A DNA stretch of 64,000 nt from the NCBI GenBank assembly GCA_951406725.2, contig OX597817.1:110236001-110300000 (forward strand). Direction: 5' to 3'. Origin of the DNA: Octopus vulgaris. Lineage: Eukaryota. Of this stretch, positions 12,849-25,313 are shown piece after piece. The notes beneath the pieces are model-generated. The model was not told the DNA's origin and did not search any database. It worked only from the letters and a program-made list of their open reading frames with translations. The number at the start of each line of letters is the position of its first letter. The first letter of the stretch is position 1. A program made the translations under genes and the position numbers.

Positions 12849-15134
12849 ACCAACACAAACACAGGTGTTAATACATGTGCAAATTTGTCCTAGAATTATT
12901 CTGAACAGTGATATCATAGTTAATACTACTTTTTGTTAGTTTGACTGGGTTTTTTTTTTACTCCTTTGGTTTTTCTTTTTATTTGGTCAATTCTGCCAGG
13001 AAGTTGAAGACTTTGTATGCTACTTGATATTTCACCATTTATTGTAAATACAGTATGATTAAATCTGTTTATGTGATGGACTTCATTTGTTATGTTGTCA
13101 ATTTACTTTAATAGGTACATATATGGACAAAATGCCTTCTGGTTCAAATCCCCACTTGGATCAACTAAGTTTTTCATCCATCCACTCCTATCCCCTAAAA
13201 AACTGATCGTACCAATCAAGTACAAATCAGGAGCTGGGGTCCTTAAATCTGCCTGCAACTATCTTCAACTTTGTTCTGACACTTTCTGTGACAACATTTC
13301 TTACTAAACTGTATCAGTCCTGGTGCTTTCTCTTGAACGAAATCAATAGTATGAAGAGAACTGATCCACAGTATGGGAAACTACTGGCCTTCTATACAAC
13401 TTTGCTTTGAGGACTGCATTCTCTTCAAGAGCAGATCCATGATATGAAAGATGACTATGAAGATAGTTATCCATGGAACTTAAGGGTTAATATTTTACAG
13501 TGAATGTGGTACTATAATTATATTCCATCTTTTCTTGAAAAAGAAACAAAACACAATAGATATTAAGCCAATGAAGTAAACTGAATGCAGGTAGTCACTC
13601 AGCCTACTAGAAACAGCAACCAAATCTCTCTCAAATTTCAAGTTACTATCTTTAGAAAAGAGACATATTCAACAATATAGTCCTAAATATACAAAAAGAC
13701 AGGTCTTAGTTGGAACAACTTTACATTTAGTTAAAGAAAACATCCAGTGTTTGATCAAGTTTGTTTGAATTTGCTTGACTCAATTACATCTCCTATAGCA
13801 TACTTGCATAACATTCAGAAGGTCAGCAGGGCAATATCCTGTATCCATACAAAGCTAGTCAATGAAAGTGTTTGCTAGATGACAGACCCATGTATATCCA
13901 TGTCAAGGTGTCCATACAAATGGATGACTAATAAGCTCTTAGCTTTCCAGCAATATTCTGCAAAATGTAAGGTCGCAAGCTGGCAGAAATGTTTAGCGGT
14001 ATTTCATCTGTCTTTACGTTCTGAGTTCAAATTCCGCTGAGGTCAACTTTGCCTATCATTCTTTCGGGGTCGATAAATTAAGTACCAGTTGTGTACTGGG
14101 GTCGATCTAATTAACTGGCCCCTTCCCCAAATTTCAGGCCTTGTTTCTAGAATAGGAAAGAATATTCTGCAAAAAGTGTGTGTCTACCTGTATCTCTCTC
14201 TCTCTCTCATGGTATCAATAATTGAAAGAAGATTATATATGTGAATTGAAGAAAGGTCAAACAAATGAATTTTATTCATTTCACTATTGAATAAGATTTT
14301 TTTATTTATTTTATGTCACATTTTGTAAACAACAATAACAATGATCATAGGCTTCCTAGAGGCCAATCACAGGTTCACTACATTTTCCTTATTAAAGTTA
14401 GAGAGAAACAAGGGATTGCCTGTGTAATTCAAGCAAAACAAAAATTTACACAAGATATTGGTTAACAAAAACTATATGGAGGCCCAGCCAATGTGATCTT
14501 TCTGTCACATCTTCACCATCTCTCTCTGTCCCTCTCTCCATCTGAGGTGGCCATGATTTTCTTCTAATGCCAAAGCCCTCAATACTACACATGGAGTTGG
14601 TGGCTTGGTGGTTAGGGTACTGGATTCTTGATTGTAAAATTGTGGTTTCAATTTCTGGACTGAGCAATGCATTGTATTCTTGGGCAGGACACTTCGTTTC
14701 ACATTGCACCAGTCCACTCGGCTTGCAAAAACGAGTAATCTGGTGACAGACTGGCATTCTTTCTAGGCGGGGAATGTCTCCGCCATGAGGCTGGGAAACC
14801 AGCCCTTATGAGTTAGTATGACTCACAAAGGTAACTCTCTCTACTCTAACCACTATTACTCACCAGACACTGATCAGCCAAACGCTATAGGGGATAACAT
14901 TTGCCAGAGATGCTGTGTAATGAAACCTGAAACTACATACAGCTGTGCTTATCTGTATAACAGTAAAAGTAGGAAGCAGTTGTAAGTATTCAAGTGTTTT
15001 AGGTGCGCAAGCAACAGGAAAGGCTAGGAAATGTTTGCATTAGATAATGTAGTCCTAGATAACTTTAAAATATTTGCATGGTCATAGCTGGAATGCTTTT
15101 GTTCATAGGTGTGTTTCAATGTAAAAAAAAAAAT

Positions 15135-15435
15135 ATTTGAGTGAGGTCATTGCCAGTGCTGCTGGACTGGCTCCTGTGCAGGTGGCACGTAAAAAACACC
15201 ATTTGAGTGTGGCCATTGCCAGTACTGCCTGACTGGCCCTCGTGCCAGTGGTACATAAAAGCACCCACTACACTCTCGGAGTGGTTGGTGTTAGGAAGGG
15301 CATCCAGCTGTAGAAACTCTGCCAGATCAGATTGAAGCCTAGTGCAGCCATCTGGTTCGTCAGTCCTTAGTCAAATCGTCCAACCCATGCCAGCATGGAA
15401 ACCGAACATTAAACGATGATGATGATGATGATGAT
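15135..15435 (+). mobile_element. RTE-tail repeat ending in (GAT)n; further copies at about 19490-19860(-), 20795-21135(-), 25870-26340(-), 34405-34715(+), 35665-36065(+)
   Basis: Shared GGAGTGGTTGGCGTTAGGAAGGGCATCCAGCTGTAGAAAC..CCAACCCATGCYAGCATGGAAA..(GAT)n; same tail as the RTE LINE at 22173-23352. Confidence 0.8.
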
Positions 15436-16189
15436 TTTGACATGAAAGCAATGGTATTTCCATTATCTCACCAACTTTACATTTCTTACTGAGCAAAAGA
15501 TTAACACAGATATTAACATATGCACCAGATAGGCTTCTGTGCAGTTTTCATCTACCAAATTCCTGTCAAAAGGGTCAACCTAAAGCTTTGTTGGAAGACA
15601 CTGGTTCAAGGTAACCAGTGGCATGCATTCAAATAACAGACAAATAAAAATACGTCAAATAACATACAATATATATTCTTGATTTATTAAAATCATCTCC
15701 ACTTCTAAAAGATGTAGCATAATTACCAAATAGACATTATCTTCCCTTCACATGGGAAGGGAATATAATGTCAAGAATCAAGATTTCTCCAAAATGCCAT
15801 TGAAGAGGATAGGTTTATTGTCCAGAGATAAGAGGACAGACAATGCCACATGAAATTGTGGATTGTTGAGATTATCTCCTTTTCACAAGTGGAGCTGGTT
15901 ATATTTGCCATTCGGTAAAGATGATTCATCATGCAGAGGTGGAACTAACTTTAATACATCAAGGATTTATGTTATATGGAATTTGACTGACTCCAAATTG
16001 GTTATGTTGTAAAAAAGTTTTCTTCCCAACCACATGGTTCCTGGTTCAGTCCCATTGCATGACACCTTGAGCAAGTGTCTTCTACTATAGCCCCAGTCTA
16101 ACCAAAGCTTTATGGGTAGATTTGATATATATATATATATATTTATCTTTTACTGGTTTTGGTCATTAGACTGGCCATGCTTGGACCTG

Positions 16190-17050
16190 AATGCAATATA
16201 CAAGTGAGCTGAAGTAAACAATATGCAGTTTAATGCTGGAAAACTTCAAGCACTGCACTATCAACTCACAGATGCAACACAGCATGCATATACAGGATCT
16301 GAAGGTGCTGCAGTCCCAGAGTCACAGGTAGTGAGAGGCTTGGGGATCAGTATGTGCAATGATGCATCAGTTCATACGCACATTACCAAGATGGAGGCAA
16401 AGTGCAGACAACTGGCAGAATGGATACTAATGTCCTTCAAGCTAAAGAGATCAAGTAGTTAGATTAACCCTGTGGAAGACCTTTGTTCTTTGCCACCTGG
16501 ACTGCTTCTCTCAGCTATGGTCACCACATAGAGCCAAACTAACTGTGGAGTCTGAAATGGTCCAATGTCACTATACTAAAAAGATTGTAACAGTGCAGCA
16601 GATGAGTTACAGTAAGAAGCTGAAAAAACTATGACTTTACTCCCTGGAGTGAAAGTGCAACAGATATGTAATAATCTACATATGGAATATTCTGGAAGGG
16701 CTAGTACCTAATTTTGGTATTGTGTATTATACAAATGCCAAAAATGAATGCTGTTGTATTGTATCAAAGGTAGCATCTACTCCATTATAATTCAGGGTCA
16801 GGCATTGCAATAGCTTAGGGTTTAAAGACCCACAGCTCTTCAATGCTCTTCCACAAAAATGAAGAAACCTACACAATGTGGATGGAGACGTCTTCAAAGA
16901 GGTACTAGACATTCTCCACTCCACAATACCAGATGAACCAATGGCCCAGCATTGAGGTACAGACAAGGGCAGCGCAGTCAAATTCCCTTATACACCAAGT
17001 GGGCCAAGAGCACATACTGGAATGGTGACATGAAACCTCACCACCTTGAG
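16190..17050 (+). mobile_element. Decayed CR1/Jockey-group LINE RT 3' fragment
   Basis: MQFNAGKLQALHY..VRGLGI and downstream LKKL*LYSLE resemble C-terminal LINE RT motifs; many stops. Confidence 0.6.
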
Positions 17051-17232
17051 GAAATTAGCTGTAGGAGAATCATAAAATAAGGTGCAAAATCAGTGGTGCT
17101 CCAGCATGACCACAGCTATATGGATGAAATGAAAAAAAAATATATATATACATACACACACATACATACATACATATATATATATGTATGTATGTATGTA
17201 TGTATATATATGTATGTATGTATATATATAAA

Positions 17233-18151
17233 CATGGGTTGGACAAAATAATGGAAACACCTAGCATCATAATTTTGAAATATCTATAAAACCGTTAAAA
17301 GCTTGTTTATTTTTATGTTTTTTTATTTATTATTAATGTTGCTTAATATGTTTTGCTAAAATTACTGTTTCTTTTCAGAAATCATCAGACAAAGGTAATT
17401 AAAATTCATCAAAATGACAGATCTATCAGACTTTCAAAGAGGTCAAATTGTTGGTGCTTACATGGCAGGCGCTAGCAGAATGAAAACACCCAAAATGTTT
17501 GGTGTATCAAGAAGTACTGTCTTGAAAGTAATGACAGCCTTTGAGAAAGAGAGAAAAACTTCCTTGTCAAAACAAAACTCCAGAAGAAAACCAAATCTTT
17601 CAGATAGGGACCATCAAATTCTTATGTGAATTGTTAGAAAGGATCACAAAAGTACAGCTCTCAAAATTACTGCAGAGCTTAATGATCACCTTGAGAACCC
17701 AGTTTCCATAAAAACTGTTCACTGGGCGCTGCACAAAGCCAGATTTCATAGGAGGGCTGCAATTAGAAAACCACTACTTTCAAAAACAAAGGTTGCAAAG
17801 CGTTTAGAGTGGAGTAAAAAACTACAGAATTGGTCCCTATAATGTTATTTTCTCAGACAAGTCATCCTTTACCCTACTTCTGACCACCGGCCAAGTATAC
17901 GTGTGGAGACAGCCAAAAGAAGCATCTGACCCAGACTGCCTTTTTTCAACTGTTAAACATCGAGGAGGATCTGTAATGACCTGGTGGGGGCTATATCTTG
18001 GAAATCCGCCAGCCCAATGGTTTCCCTTCATGGCAGAATTAATAGTCAAGAATATTTAAGCATTTTATCTGATCAAATTCATCCTATGGTTGCACAACTG
18101 TTTCTGGAGGGAAACAATCTTTCAGAATGATAATGCCATAATTCACACAGC
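17233..18151 (+). mobile_element. Tc1-family transposon, 3'-truncated pseudogene
   Basis: Left TIR CATGGGTTGGACAAAATAATGGAAACACC next to a TA repeat; MTDLSDFQRGQIVG helix-turn-helix start, decayed VIFSD and FQND motifs. Confidence 0.85.
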
Positions 18152-18450
18152 TAATAGATCAAACTTACAGTGTACAAATGACCAGCTGAAAATCTTACAT
18201 TTCAGATCATGATGCAGAGAAGTTTAAACTTTTCTGCATCATGATCTGAAATATAAGATTTTTTTCTACCCTGATGATGGAGTCTCAACTAATCCAATGT
18301 TTATTTGCTTCCATTACTGGCTGCATATTTTGGTGAACTACATCTACTGACATTATGATGGATCTCTGAGCCACCAGAAACAGATAACACCTTACCTCTA
18401 CACCTTTAATTTTCTCTGTCGTTTGTACTGTGTATAAGTTTGATCCATTA
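18152..18450. repeat. Small PLE-like insert: inverted ends, a ~74-bp near-perfect palindrome (18189-18262) and a degenerate hammerhead (18271-18383)
   Basis: TAATAGATCAAACTTACAG..TACAAATGAC is inverted at 18418-18450; CTGATGA-TGG...CCA-GAAA-CAG follows the palindrome. Confidence 0.6.
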
Positions 18451-19011
18451 ATATATATCTGTATGTACAGATAACTATACTGGCAAATAAAATTCCAACA
18501 CAGTCTGGCTTTTATGGTTATTTCTTGAATTTTTTAACTAATCAATATTACATATGATAGTAATACAAGTATTTTAATGCTTTTCACAATCTTCAGGTTT
18601 ATGTAGTAGCAGTATTAACTGACAGCTTTTTTTTCACAGTTGAGAACTGTAATGAAATTATTGATTTTGTCCTTTAAATACCTTCGAATAGGCATCAGCA
18701 GACAGAATCTTACAAACAGTATTTTAACCAGTCAGCATGATTAGTTCAAGAAAGTTTTGCCCAAGAAAGCTTTGTTTAAGCATCCAGTGTTTGACTTGGT
18801 GGGGTAAATAAGTTGTCTTTATGGTTTTTAAATTGAGCTTAGGCTCCTTAGCTCTAAAGGGTTCTGTGCAATCTTCTAATTTTAGTTTACAACTATTTTA
18901 CAGGCATCAGAGTTGATATTATTTGAAGTGGATTTAGGTGTAATTTTAATTTTGTATTAAAGACTACCAGAATGATTGTAGCAATAAATTTGCCAACACT
19001 GTTATTCATTC

Positions 19012-19385
19012 TTTTATTCTTTTACTTGTTTTAGTCATATGACTGCAGCCATGCTGGAACAACACCTTTAGTTGAACAATTCGACTCCAGGAGTTATTCT
19101 GTGTAAGCCTAGTACTTATTCTATCAGTCTCTTTGCTGAATGACTAAGCCATGGAAGCATAAACATACCAGCATCAGTTTTCAAGCGATGGTGGGGGAAC
19201 AAACACAGACATACAAATACACACACACATATACAGTTTCAGTTTCTTTCTACCAAATCCACTCACAAGGCTTTGGTCATCCCATGGCTATAGTAAACTC
19301 GCCCAAGGTGCCACACAGTAGGACTGAACTCTGAACCATGTAGTTGGGAAGCAAGCTTCTTACCACACAGCCACAGCTGCACCTA
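19012..19385 (-). mobile_element. tRNA-derived SINE family B; further copies at about 16010-16190, 21165-21555, 57405-57790, 60590-60815
   Basis: On the minus strand: tRNA-like head GGCTGTGTGGTAAGAAGCTTGCTTCCCAAC..GTTCAGTCC, internal (CA)n, tail CAGCATGGCYGCAGTC..AAACAAGTAAAAGA. Confidence 0.75.
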
Positions 19386-20459
19386 TAAATAATTCCTAAT
19401 GATAGCAGTCAAAGCACAATTAGCAACAATATCAGTATAAATAACAATACAGGTCATCTTTATCATGCCATAAGAGCATGCAAATTTCATCATCATCATC
19501 ATCGTTTAATGTCCGTTTTCCATGCTAGCATGGGTTGGACGGTTCAACTGGGGTCTGGGAAGCCAGAAGGCTGCACCAGGCCCAGTCTGATCTGACAGTG
19601 TTTCTACAGCTGGATGCCCTTCCTAACGCCAACCACTCTGTGAGTGTAGTGGGTGCTTTTTACGTGCCACCTGCACAGGTACCAGACGGGGCTGGCAACG
19701 GCCACAATCGGATGGTGCTTTTTACGTGCCACCGGCACGGAGGCCAGTCGGGGCGGCGCTGGCAACGGCCACATTCGGATGGTTCTCTTACATGCCACCG
19801 GCACTGGTATCACAGCTACAATTTCCATTGATGTTGAACGATTTTGATTTTGATTTTGATTTAGATACCACAAGCCCAAATTTAGATACCACAAACCCAA
19901 AAGCTGATAGGAATTATGCAATGATAATATAGTATGGTTTGACCCACCTTGGGAAACCAATATTATTACAAACATTCCAATTTTTCCAAAATTGGAACAG
20001 GTAACTTCCGCTGTTCCTCACCATGGATTATGTTATGTTGCACATTTGGATGCCTCTACTACTCAACTCTGCTCCTACTACTCAACTCTGTTCTAGTCTT
20101 CTCTTCTATTCAACTGTTCTCCCGACGTCTAGAATTCTCCCTCTATATCTACGTATTGGGCTAGTCTACTTCATCGTCTGGGGGCATCCACACAACAGAT
20201 TATCATCAAACATTCTCATTTGAAACTGCTAATGGACATATTATAGCTGTACTTTTCATTTGATCATGGATCTACTTAACACATTCCTATTTTACTCTGA
20301 TCCTTTCCCCATTCTTGACAAAACTGGAATACACTAATATCCTTGACTGGGGATATTCTTTTGCTTTTACATCTCTGACTTCTCCCCCTCTGATGATGGA
20401 TACTCAGCCTCTGGAACCCTCACTCAGTATGATTATTCATATGCTTGGTTATTCTAAAA

Positions 20460-20769
20460 CAGGAGTTCCCAAAGTGGGTGGTCTTACTGCCCTGGGGGCA
20501 GTAGAAAGTTCCAAGGGAGGGTTGAAGAAAAGTGGGGTGATAATGGGGTAACAGTTCATGTAAAAAGTGGGGCAATAATGGGGTGGCGATTTATGTAAAA
20601 ACAACAAAATAATGGGTTCATTCGGTTAAGTTTTATTTGTGAAATAGAGTTGCTTTGAATTTGCTTCAGAAAGAGGTCTATGCTTGTGATGGTTAGTTGG
20701 GGTGGGTGCACTGGGAATGTGGCCTGAGTGTCAAGGTAACAGCAGCCCCAAAAAGCTTGGGAACTACTA
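20460..20769. mobile_element. hAT-like MITE with 8-bp TSD
   Basis: TTCTAAAA|CAGGAGTTCCCAA ... TTGGGAACTACTA|TTCTAAAA. Confidence 0.75.
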
Positions 20770-21368
20770 TTCTAAAAAACAGCTCTAAGAGATTCACATC
20801 ATCATCATCAACATCATTTAACATCCATTGTCTATGCTGGCATGGGTTGGACAGACTCCAGTCTGATTTGGCATGGTTTTCTACAGCTAGATCCCTTCCT
20901 AACGCCAACCACTCTGAGAGTGTGATGGGTGCTTTTACATACCACTGGCATGGGAGCCATTTGCATGACACTGGGGTGTTCTTACATGCCACTCTTATGG
21001 GTGCCAATTGCATGACACTGGTATCTGCCACAACTGTTATTTTGCTTGGCGTGATGGGTCTTCTTCTCAAGCACAACATAATGCCAAAGGTCTCAGTCAT
21101 TTGCCTCTGTCAGGCCCAACACTCAAAAGGAACTCAGCCACCTTGCCTCCATGAGGCATATACTCTTTTACTTGTTTCTGCCATTTGACTGTGGCCATGC
21201 TGGAGCACCACCTTTAGTCGAGCAAATTGACCCCAGGACTTATTCTTTGTAAGCCTAGTACTTAGTCTATCAGTCTCTTTTGCCGAACCACTAAGTGACA
21301 GGGATGTAAACACACCAGCATCGGTTGTCAAGCTATGTTGGAGGGGACAAACACAGACACACAAACAT

Positions 21369-21409
<41 letters not shown>

Positions 21410-21812
21410 CAACTGGCTTCTTTCAGTTTCTGTCTACCAAATCCACTCACAAGGCATAATAGAAGACACTTGCCCAAGGTGCCACGCAGTGGGACTGAAC
21501 CTGGAACCATTTGGTTGGTAAGCAAGTTACTTACCACACAGCCACTCCTTCGCCTATGTATATCTATGTTCTCTATCTAAATTAAATGTTTTTTTTCAAG
21601 TGATGCCAAATGGCTTGCTTTTTCATTTTTACTTTAACACACACACACACATATATACAATAGAACTTCAGTTTACAAACAACTCTGATCATGAATAAAT
21701 CGTACTTTATCTCCTGTCTTTCTCATATTCATTTAATACAGTACTACCTCAGATTATGAATGCCTCTGATCACAAATAAATCATGCTTTATCTTTCTCTC
21801 TCTCTCTCTGTA

Positions 21813-21855
<43 letters not shown>

Positions 21856-21857
<2 letters not shown>

Positions 21858-22096
21858 CTGTAAATGTAATATGTGACAATTATTCGGTATCCATGATAAT
21901 ACTCCGAGTTTCGGATGCCGAGGTGGAAATCCACGCTGCCATCTCTTCATTTATCCGGCCATCATAGCATTTTCCATAGCATTTTTCCGATGGCCGGATA
22001 ACTGAAGAGACGGCGGCGTGGATTTCCACCTTGGCATCTGAAACTCGGAGTATTATCATGGCTACCGAATAATTGTCACACATTACATTTACAGAT
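21856..22096. repeat. ~108-bp-arm fold-back of a PLE terminus, with a hammerhead motif on each strand
   Basis: Arms 21856-21963 and 21989-22096 are near reverse complements; the loop is a tandem ATAGCATTTTCC; same family as 44757-44853 and 46074-46220. Confidence 0.85.
21997..22057 (+). ncRNA. Type I hammerhead ribozyme motif (PLE-associated)
   Basis: GATAA-CTGAAGA-GACGGCGGCGTGGATTTCCACCTTGGCATCT-GAAA-CTCGGAG-TA-TTATC: core intact, stem I GATAA/TTATC, quasi-palindromic stem III; stem II closure imperfect. Confidence 0.7.
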
Positions 22097-22172
22097 AAAC
22101 TCCTCTATTTACATAATATCGAGGTCTCTTTCATTCTTTTGTTGTCTTACCGTTTTTATCAATATATATATA

Positions 22173-23352
22173 TATGCAGCAACATCAAAGGAAGATTAAC
22201 CTGGAAGATAGATTTCGTGTGCGGCAGATGCACAGGGGTGATAAACACCATAGATGCTCAGAAAACAGATTCCATCACATGCCAGAGGAAGAAACTAGAA
22301 GTAGTTGATAGCTTCCACTACCTAGGTGACCAAGTCTATAGTGGGGGTGGATGCTCAGAGAGTGTTACCTCTAGAATAAGAATAGCCTGGGCAAAGTTCA
22401 GAAAGCTCCTACTCCTACTGGTGACAAAGGACCTCTCACTCAGTGTGAAAGGTAGATTGTACGATGCATGTATGCAAACTGCCATGCTTCAAGGCAGTGA
22501 AACATGGGCCATAACTGCTGAAGACATGCATAGGCTCAAAAGAAATGAAGCTAGCATGATCCACTGGATGTGTAATGTCAGTGTGCACACACGACAGTGT
22601 AAGTGCCCTGAGAGAAATGTTGGATATAAGAAGCATTGGATGTGGCTTGCAAGAGAGACATTTGTGTTGGTATGGTCATGTACTATGGATGGATGAGGAG
22701 AGCTGTGTGAAGTGCCACTCCCAAACAGTGGAAGGAATCTGGGGTAGAAGGAGACCCAGGTAGACATGGGATGAGGTGGTAAAGCATGAAATTCGAATGT
22801 TGGGCCTTAGAGGCAATGACAAAAGATCGAGGCCTCTGGAGATATACTGTGACTGAGAAGACCCGGTAAATAAAGTGAATCCACAGCTGTAACCTACACT
22901 GGTGTCGCATAACCAGCCCACTCAAAATGTACCTTAGATCGTAGGGTGACATGCCGTGCTTGAGAAGACCTATTGAGTCAAGTATATCAAAATGAAAATT
23001 AAATCAAATCAAATTACAATCAAATGGAAATTGTAGTTATGGTCGCTGTGCCAGTGGCACCATCAAAATGTGGCTGATGCCAGTGCCGCCTTGACTGGCT
23101 CCCATGCCAGTGGCACGTAAATAGCACCATTCAATCATGGTTGATGCCAGCCCCATCTAACCCCTGTGCTGGTGACACATAAAAAAGCACCCGCTACACT
23201 CTCAGAGTGGTTGGCGTTGGGAAGGGCATCCAGCTGTAGAAACACTTCCAGATCAGACTGGAGCCTGGTGCAGCCTCCTGGCTTCCCAGACCCCAGTCAA
23301 ACCGTCCAACCCATGTCTGCATGGAAAACGGAAGTTTGATGATGATGATGAT
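22173..23352 (+). mobile_element. RTE-clade LINE, 5'-truncated RT C-terminus plus 3'UTR and (GAT)n tail
   Basis: LEVVDSFHYLGD..RIRIAWAKFR..KGRLYDAC..MLQGSETW are RTE/BovB-type motifs. Confidence 0.85.
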
Positions 23353-23435
23353 CTATATATATATATATATAATATTAGGGAGTAAATCCAAACTTACAGG
23401 GAAAAATTAGATTTAGGATTAAATCTAATTTTATA

Positions 23436-23471
<36 letters not shown>

Positions 23472-23476
<5 letters not shown>

Positions 23477-23620
23477 TAAATTAGAGATAAAACCACTATT
23501 AGGCAAATCAAACAGTGAAAATCATAAACCAATACATAGAAATGGTTGATTTCTATGTATTGATTTATGATTTTCACTGTTTGATTTGCCTAATAGTGGT
23601 TTTATCTCTAATTTAATATA
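23472..23620. repeat. Near-perfect hairpin, ~72-bp arms, 5-nt loop
   Basis: TATATTAAATTAGAGATAAAACCACTATTAGGC...AGAAAT ggttg ATTTCT...GCCTAATAGTGGTTTTATCTCTAATTTAATATA. Confidence 0.9.
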
Positions 23621-23926
23621 TATATAAAGCACGATTTATTCATGATCAGAGTTGTTTGAAAACAGAGATTTTCTGTTCGTATAATTCTTTCAGTTTCCAC
23701 CTACTATATCCAGTTCCAAGGATTTGGTCACCCTAGTTCTATAGTAGAAGACACTTACTCAGGATGTTCTTCAGTGGTAGTGGTCTCCAAACACACTGAA
23801 GGGAAACAAACTTTTTAACTACACAACCTGTACCTACTATTTTATCATTAGTAAATATACAAAAAACATCATACAAATATACTTAATATCAGCATAACAT
23901 TACAGACACATATCTCAGAAATATAG

Positions 23927-23932
23927 TTTATT
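23927..23932 (-). promoter_or_regulatory. Candidate polyadenylation signal of the Spaetzle-like gene
   Basis: AATAAA about 120 nt after the TAG, followed by a GT-rich stretch (ATGTGTCTGTAATGTT). Confidence 0.55.
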
Positions 23933-24050
23933 ATAATGAATGAGTACAACGCAATCAATATAATGAAATGTATACAATATACTACTTTCAAGAAAGATGT
24001 AAAGTATTTAAATGATAATGCTTGAAATGTTTGGATTGCTTTAACACAGT

Positions 24051-24180
24051 CTAGCCAGGAATACATGTGCAATAAAGAGGGACAGAGAATAAGTCAAAAG
24101 TTGGTATCAATTCGGTTGCATTTTCCCAGGCCAGCAAGGAAATTGTTCTGTTCCTTGATCTGCATTCAGGACAAAGACCC
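24051..24180 (-). CDS. Spaetzle-like cystine-knot protein, coding exon 3 (terminal)
   Basis: ttttgtttAG|G GGT CTT TGT..: (E)GLCPECRSRNRTISLLAWENATELIPTFDLFSVPLYCTCIPG*; the phase-2 junction fits exon 2. Confidence 0.9.
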
Positions 24181-24682
24181 CTAAACAAAAACAAAGTGCA
24201 ATGAGAATAATTTTAGGTATTCATGTCCACACTCATTAGCAAATGTTATTTTCTTACTCTAATAGTATAATTACCACATCATGAACTTATTCTATAAATG
24301 CCAAAATTTGCAAACTTAAAATTTTTTCTAACAGCAAATATTAAAAAGTATATAACAGATAAAAAATATTTTTTTATTGAGCTGACCATCTTTTCTCTGA
24401 TTGCATTCTTAATATTCATTAAGCATTTATTCACCACTATACAGAAAATGCTGTCACATTTGGGCTGGAGCATCAACTGATGTCATTTCCTTGATCTTGG
24501 CATCAACACATCAAACCCATAATCATTGTACTGTCAAACATTGTTCTGCATCATATTCATGCCTCTGTTGCTCATTTGGATGCACCTTTTCCACTCAGCA
24601 TAGCTCTTAAGTTACGAAAACGTTTTATTTACTTTCCATCTTCATTTCATTTCCAAGATCCAGGAACAAAACAAAAAAGAAG

Positions 24683-25140
24683 AATGGAAAAGGAGGAGGG
24701 GGTGGAAGAGCTGGAGGAGGTGGAAGAGCTGGAGGAGGTGGAAGAGCTGGAGGAGGGGAAAGTAGGAGGGAGGGTGAGAAATGGAAGGAGAAAGGTGAGT
24801 GAGGAAGGAAAGAGGAGAAAAAGAAAGAAGAAAGAGGAGAGAAAGAAAGGAGAAGAAAGAGGAGAGGGGGAGAGGAGGAGAGGAGAAGAAAGAGGACAGA
24901 GGGTGAAGAGGAGAGAAGGAGAGGAGAAGAAGGCAGAGAAGAGAAGAAAGAGGAGAGAAGGTGGAGGAGGAGAAGGAAGAAGGGGAAGAATATGAAGAAA
25001 GAAGGAAGACTCAAAAGAAAGAGCATGAAAACTACAAAAACAATAATAAAGAAAAAGACAAAAGAAATGACAAAAAAGATGATGGAAAAAGAGAAAGAGG
25101 AAAAGAGAATAGAATGAAAAGTTACATGAAAGAAATATAC
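24683..25140. repeat. Purine-rich (GA) low-complexity tract
   Basis: GAG/GAA/AGA repeats including 3x GGTGGAAGAGCTGGAGGA. Confidence 0.9.
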
Positions 25141-25199
25141 AAATAGTTAGGATGGTAGATGGAAGAAGGATGAGATATGTCTTTGATCTGTCTACTTAC

Positions 25200-25313
25200 T
25201 CGCTTGAACAACTAACCCAAGGAATAACTTGGTACGCATCCTCAAAATGAATTATAGGTCTTTCAAGTCCATCTAAATTTTGCAGGACATCTAGCATTTG
25301 GAAAGTAGGTGTT
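25200..25313 (-). CDS. Spaetzle-like cystine-knot protein, coding exon 2
   Basis: tttttgctcttAG|A ACA CCT..TCA AGC GA|GTAAGT: 114 nt, phase 2/2, (V)TPTFQMLDVLQNLDGLERPIIHFEDAYQVIPWVSCSS(E). Confidence 0.9.

Noticed and set aside
23472-23620. miRNA precursor (also 43009-43111)
   Set aside because: Near-perfect AT-rich arms next to (TA)n fit TE fold-back products; no mature-miRNA evidence in the sequence
24576-25146. Glu/Lys/Arg-rich and Pro/Leu/Ser-rich ORFs
   Set aside because: Translation of a purine-rich low-complexity tract inside the last intron of the Spaetzle-like gene
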